Positions 61,383 to 64,000 of a DNA stretch of 64,000 nt are shown in pieces; position 1 is the stretch's first letter; each line of letters begins with the position of its first letter. Source of the stretch: Candidatus Dormiibacterota bacterium (lineage in GTDB: Bacteria; Chloroflexota; Dormibacteria; Aeolococcales; Aeolococcaceae); assembly GCA_027365835.1 (NCBI GenBank), contig DAHXLU010000103.1:1260-65259 (forward strand), read 5' to 3'. A program made the translations under genes and the position numbers. The notes below the pieces were generated by a model that made no database searches, was not told the origin of the DNA, and saw only the letters and a list, made by a program, of their open reading frames with translations.

Positions 61383-62536
61383 GTAGTGGTGCAGCTGGGC
61401 CGCTCCTGCTGGAAGAGCGCCGCTGGTTTCATGCCCATCCGTCTCTTTCCGGGGAGGAGGGGCCAGTTGCTGCGCAGATAGCCCACCTGCTCGCAGAGGC
61501 TGGCATTCGTGCGCGACTGGTCCTGGATGGAAGGGGGGTCATCGCGGAGCTGGAGGGTGGTATGCCCGGTCCACGTGTCATGTACCGGGCTGATATAGAC
61601 GCCCTGCCTGTCACAGAGGAGGGATCCTGGGAGTGGCGGTCGGTCGAGGAGGGCAGGATGCATGCCTGTGGTCATGACTGCCACATCGCCATCGCACTGG
61701 AGCTGGCACGCAGGCTGGCTGCCCAGCGTCCCTGGCCGGGGGCTGTCCGGTTCTGTTTCCAGCCAGGTGAGGAGACTGCCTCCGGAGCGCTTCCCATGAT
61801 TGAGGCAGGGGTGCTTGAACAGGTCGATTATGCCCTTGGCGTCCATGTCTGGTCGCTGCTGCAGGCTTGCCACATAGGGGTTGCTCCTGGCCCCCTCTTT
61901 GGGAGTGCGGACGAATTCTCCATAACTCTCCTGGGGCGGGGTGGACACGGTGGAATGCCGCACCTGTCAGTAGACCCGGTCCCGGTTGCAGCCCTGCTGA
62001 TTGTGGCGCTCCAGGGGCTCATCAGCCGGGAGACATCCCCTCTTGGAGTAGGGGTAATCACTATCGGGAAGATACAGGGTGGGTCAGCCAACAATGTAAT
62101 AGCTGATGCAGTAGAGCTTGCTGGCACGGTGCGTGCAATTACTCCAGGGGACCGGGAGCGACTGGTTGGCAGGGTCGAGGAGGTTGCACGTGCAATTGCA
62201 GCAACCTATGGTGCAACAGCGCACTTTGAGCGCAAGCATGGGACGCCTCCTGTCGTTTCAGACAATGCGGTCACCCAGGTGGTCGAGGAGGTTGCCAGCG
62301 CCATTCCCGGAGTAACTGTGGAGCGGGTACCGCCGGTGACAGTCGCCGATGACATGGCGTGCTATCTGGAGAAGGTGCCGGGCTGCTACTTTCTGGTTGG
62401 TGTGGGTCCAGAGGATCTTGCCACGGCAGTCCCGCACCATAGCGCCCGGTTCTTTGTGAATGAAGATGGGCTCCTGCCCGGAGTGGCCGTGGTGGAGGCT
62501 GCTGTGCGGCGCCTACTCGAGCAGGGTACCCGTTAG
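61379..62536 (+). CDS. M20D-family amidohydrolase (aminoacylase/hippurate hydrolase-like)
   Basis: WFHAHPSLSGEE, MHACGHD and metal-binding GGHGGMPH motifs. GTGA overlap with the upstream gene. Confidence 0.85.
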   Translation: MSSGAAGPLLLEERRWFHAHPSLSGEEGPVAAQIAHLLAEAGIRARLVLDGRGVIAELEGGMPGPRVMYRADIDALPVTEEGSWEWRSVEEGRMHACGHDCHIAIALELARRLAAQRPWPGAVRFCFQPGEETASGALPMIEAGVLEQVDYALGVHVWSLLQACHIGVAPGPLFGSADEFSITLLGRGGHGGMPHLSVDPVPVAALLIVALQGLISRETSPLGVGVITIGKIQGGSANNVIADAVELAGTVRAITPGDRERLVGRVEEVARAIAATYGATAHFERKHGTPPVVSDNAVTQVVEEVASAIPGVTVERVPPVTVADDMACYLEKVPGCYFLVGVGPEDLATAVPHHSARFFVNEDGLLPGVAVVEAAVRRLLEQGTR

Positions 62537-62733
62537 TGCTCACCCTGCTCCCTGCTGATTGCTGGTCCTGTGCTCCAGGAATGCCACTCTCCCTTGTCCT
62601 GAAAGGTAAATGTCCGGGACCGGCCCTGCCGGCACTGCAGTTGACAACCGGCTGGTCTGGAGAGGGCGGTAGCTTCGGGTGCCGACGGTGTTGAGCGTGC
62701 AGATATTGCAGATATCGCAGCGGAAGGAGAGAC

Positions 62734-63312
62734 ATGGACGGAAGTGACGCAGGAGAAAGCGGCACTCACTCTGGCAATGGGCAGGGAGAGCCGTCACCGA
62801 ACATGTCAACCCCAGGCGATCAGGATGTTCTGCCCGGCAGGCTTGCGTCGGCCTCTGCAACTGTCCTTGTAGAGGTGATGGAACTGCAGCACACCAACAA
62901 CTCTGGAAACGTCCACGGTGGGACTATCATGCGAATGGTGGATACCGCCGCAGGTCTGGCTGCCGCGCGTCATTGTCACGGGCGGGTAGTTACTGCAGCA
63001 ATCGATGAGATGAGTTTTCTGGCTCCCGCCCATGTGGGAGACCTGCTCACCATTTATGCTATGGTCAACGACGCCAACCGCACTTCGATGGAAGTGGGGG
63101 TGCGGGTGGAGGTGGAGCAGATCCCCTCTGGGGAGGTTAGGCATGTCTCCTCCGCGCATCTTATTTTTGTGGCGCTGGGAGAGGATGGGCGCCCCACCGC
63201 TGTTCCCCCTGTGATAGCTGTCTCTGAGGATGAGAAACGAAGGCAGGAGCACGCACGGATCCGCCGGGAGCAGCGGCTTCTGCGGCGCCGGTCGATAGAC
63301 AGGGTGCAGTAG
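62734..63312 (+). CDS. Acyl-CoA thioesterase (YciA-like hotdog)
   Basis: ATG after GGAAGGAGAG. LQHTNNSGNVHGGTIMRMVDTAAG and AAIDEMSFLAPAHVGD are typical of YciA/BFIT hotdog thioesterases. Confidence 0.85.
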   Translation: MDGSDAGESGTHSGNGQGEPSPNMSTPGDQDVLPGRLASASATVLVEVMELQHTNNSGNVHGGTIMRMVDTAAGLAAARHCHGRVVTAAIDEMSFLAPAHVGDLLTIYAMVNDANRTSMEVGVRVEVEQIPSGEVRHVSSAHLIFVALGEDGRPTAVPPVIAVSEDEKRRQEHARIRREQRLLRRRSIDRVQ

Positions 63313-63363
63313 CTGCACCGTGTGCATGGCCAGGGCACGGGGAAAATGGGATAATTGGCACTC

Positions 63364-64000
63364 ATGAGCAATGCAGGTGTCGTCGGAGATCCCAAACCCA
63401 GGATAGTAGCGGTCCGGGATGCAACTGCTCCCAGGTCTGTAAGGCGGCAATACGTTCGTTTTGCCTTCTACAAGGTGGCACAGGAGTGGCGCAAGCTCCC
63501 GGTAGAGGAGCGCAAGGAGCAGACCTCAGCTCTCTCGCGGCTGCTGGAAGAGACGGCACAGCGGGACGGCCAGGTCCTGCGGACCTTCTCTCTGGTAGGC
63601 ACAAGGGGGGATGCAGATTTTATGGTCTGGATGGTGAGCGATGAGATGGAAGGGCTGCACGAGTTTGCTGCTGCGGTCAACCGGCTCGATATCGCAGGTT
63701 ATCTCAGCATGCCTTATCACTACTTTTCCATGACCAAGAAGAGCAGATACGTTGAGGGCCATGAGCATCCCGGAGGAGAGGGTCACAGCAACCGGATGGT
63801 GATTCTTCCCACCGGCCGTAAATACCTCTTTGTTTATCCCTTTGTGAAGACCAGGGCATGGTATCGGCTACCCAGGGAAGCACGGCAGGCACAGATGACT
63901 GAGCACATTGCGATGGGCCACAGGTATCCAGGGGTGAAGATAAACACGACCTATTCCTTTGGGCTTGACGACCAGGAATTTGTGGTTGCCTTTGAGAGCG
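63364..64000 (+). CDS. hemQ: Coproheme decarboxylase HemQ/ChdC (chlorite dismutase family), 5' partial at window edge
   Basis: ATG at 63364, open to the window end. Family-typical stretches YVRFAFYKV...WRKL, DFMVWMVSD, YLFVYPFVKTRAWY and TYSFGLDDQEFVVAFE. Confidence 0.75.
   Translation, partial: MSNAGVVGDPKPRIVAVRDATAPRSVRRQYVRFAFYKVAQEWRKLPVEERKEQTSALSRLLEETAQRDGQVLRTFSLVGTRGDADFMVWMVSDEMEGLHEFAAAVNRLDIAGYLSMPYHYFSMTKKSRYVEGHEHPGGEGHSNRMVILPTGRKYLFVYPFVKTRAWYRLPREARQAQMTEHIAMGHRYPGVKINTTYSFGLDDQEFVVAFES

Overview
This window looks like a high-GC, actinobacterial-type chromosomal core region with no recognisable mobile elements, CRISPR arrays or defence systems. It is dense with housekeeping genes, many translationally coupled by ATGA/GTGA/TGATG start-stop overlaps. 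Left to right the supportable genes are: fbaB (class I aldolase, minus strand), murA, a degenerate MreB-like gene, cdaA, cdaR and glmS. Then come an acpS::nnrD fusion, alr, an MFS-like membrane protein, SRPBCC and VOC proteins, and the t6A block tsaE-tsaB-rimI-tsaD. A 335-aa unknown gene follows, then CIRCE-groES-groEL, a CN-hydrolase, pcrA, ligA, an MFS (DHA2-type) transporter and an aldo/keto reductase. The most interesting locus is a tightly coupled three-gene minus-strand operon: an NqrC/RnfG-like FMN-binding protein, a signal-peptide-less ApbE, and an RnfD/NqrB-like membrane domain fused to an FNR domain. After it come a GH13 alpha-glucosidase, a MinD/ParA-like ATPase, an ABC-2 exporter pair and uvrC. 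uvrC is followed by a RapZ C-terminal-domain-only ORF, a small unknown ORF and a convergent pair of DUF4232 secreted proteins. Then come gap-pgk-tpiA-gpmI-secG, tRNA-Leu(CAG), a roughly 500-nt unassigned non-coding stretch and a PH-like membrane protein. Next is a (PQ)13 membrane protein encoded by a (GGCTGG)13 microsatellite, beside a MarP-like CvpA::S1 protease. A frameshifted DUF1697 gene, a G12 tract, two tandem paralogous membrane proteins and tRNA-Pro(TGG) follow. The window ends with upp, a MOP flippase, a HAD hydrolase, a TesB-like thioesterase, a small membrane protein, a YtxH-like protein, a hypothetical protein, hbd, a single-domain receiver, an M20 amidohydrolase, a YciA-like thioesterase and the 5' part of hemQ. 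The gene-order comparisons with Mycobacterium and Bacillus used below are from memory. The supplied ORF track accepts TTG/GTG starts and also contains many long antisense ORFs, which were set aside.
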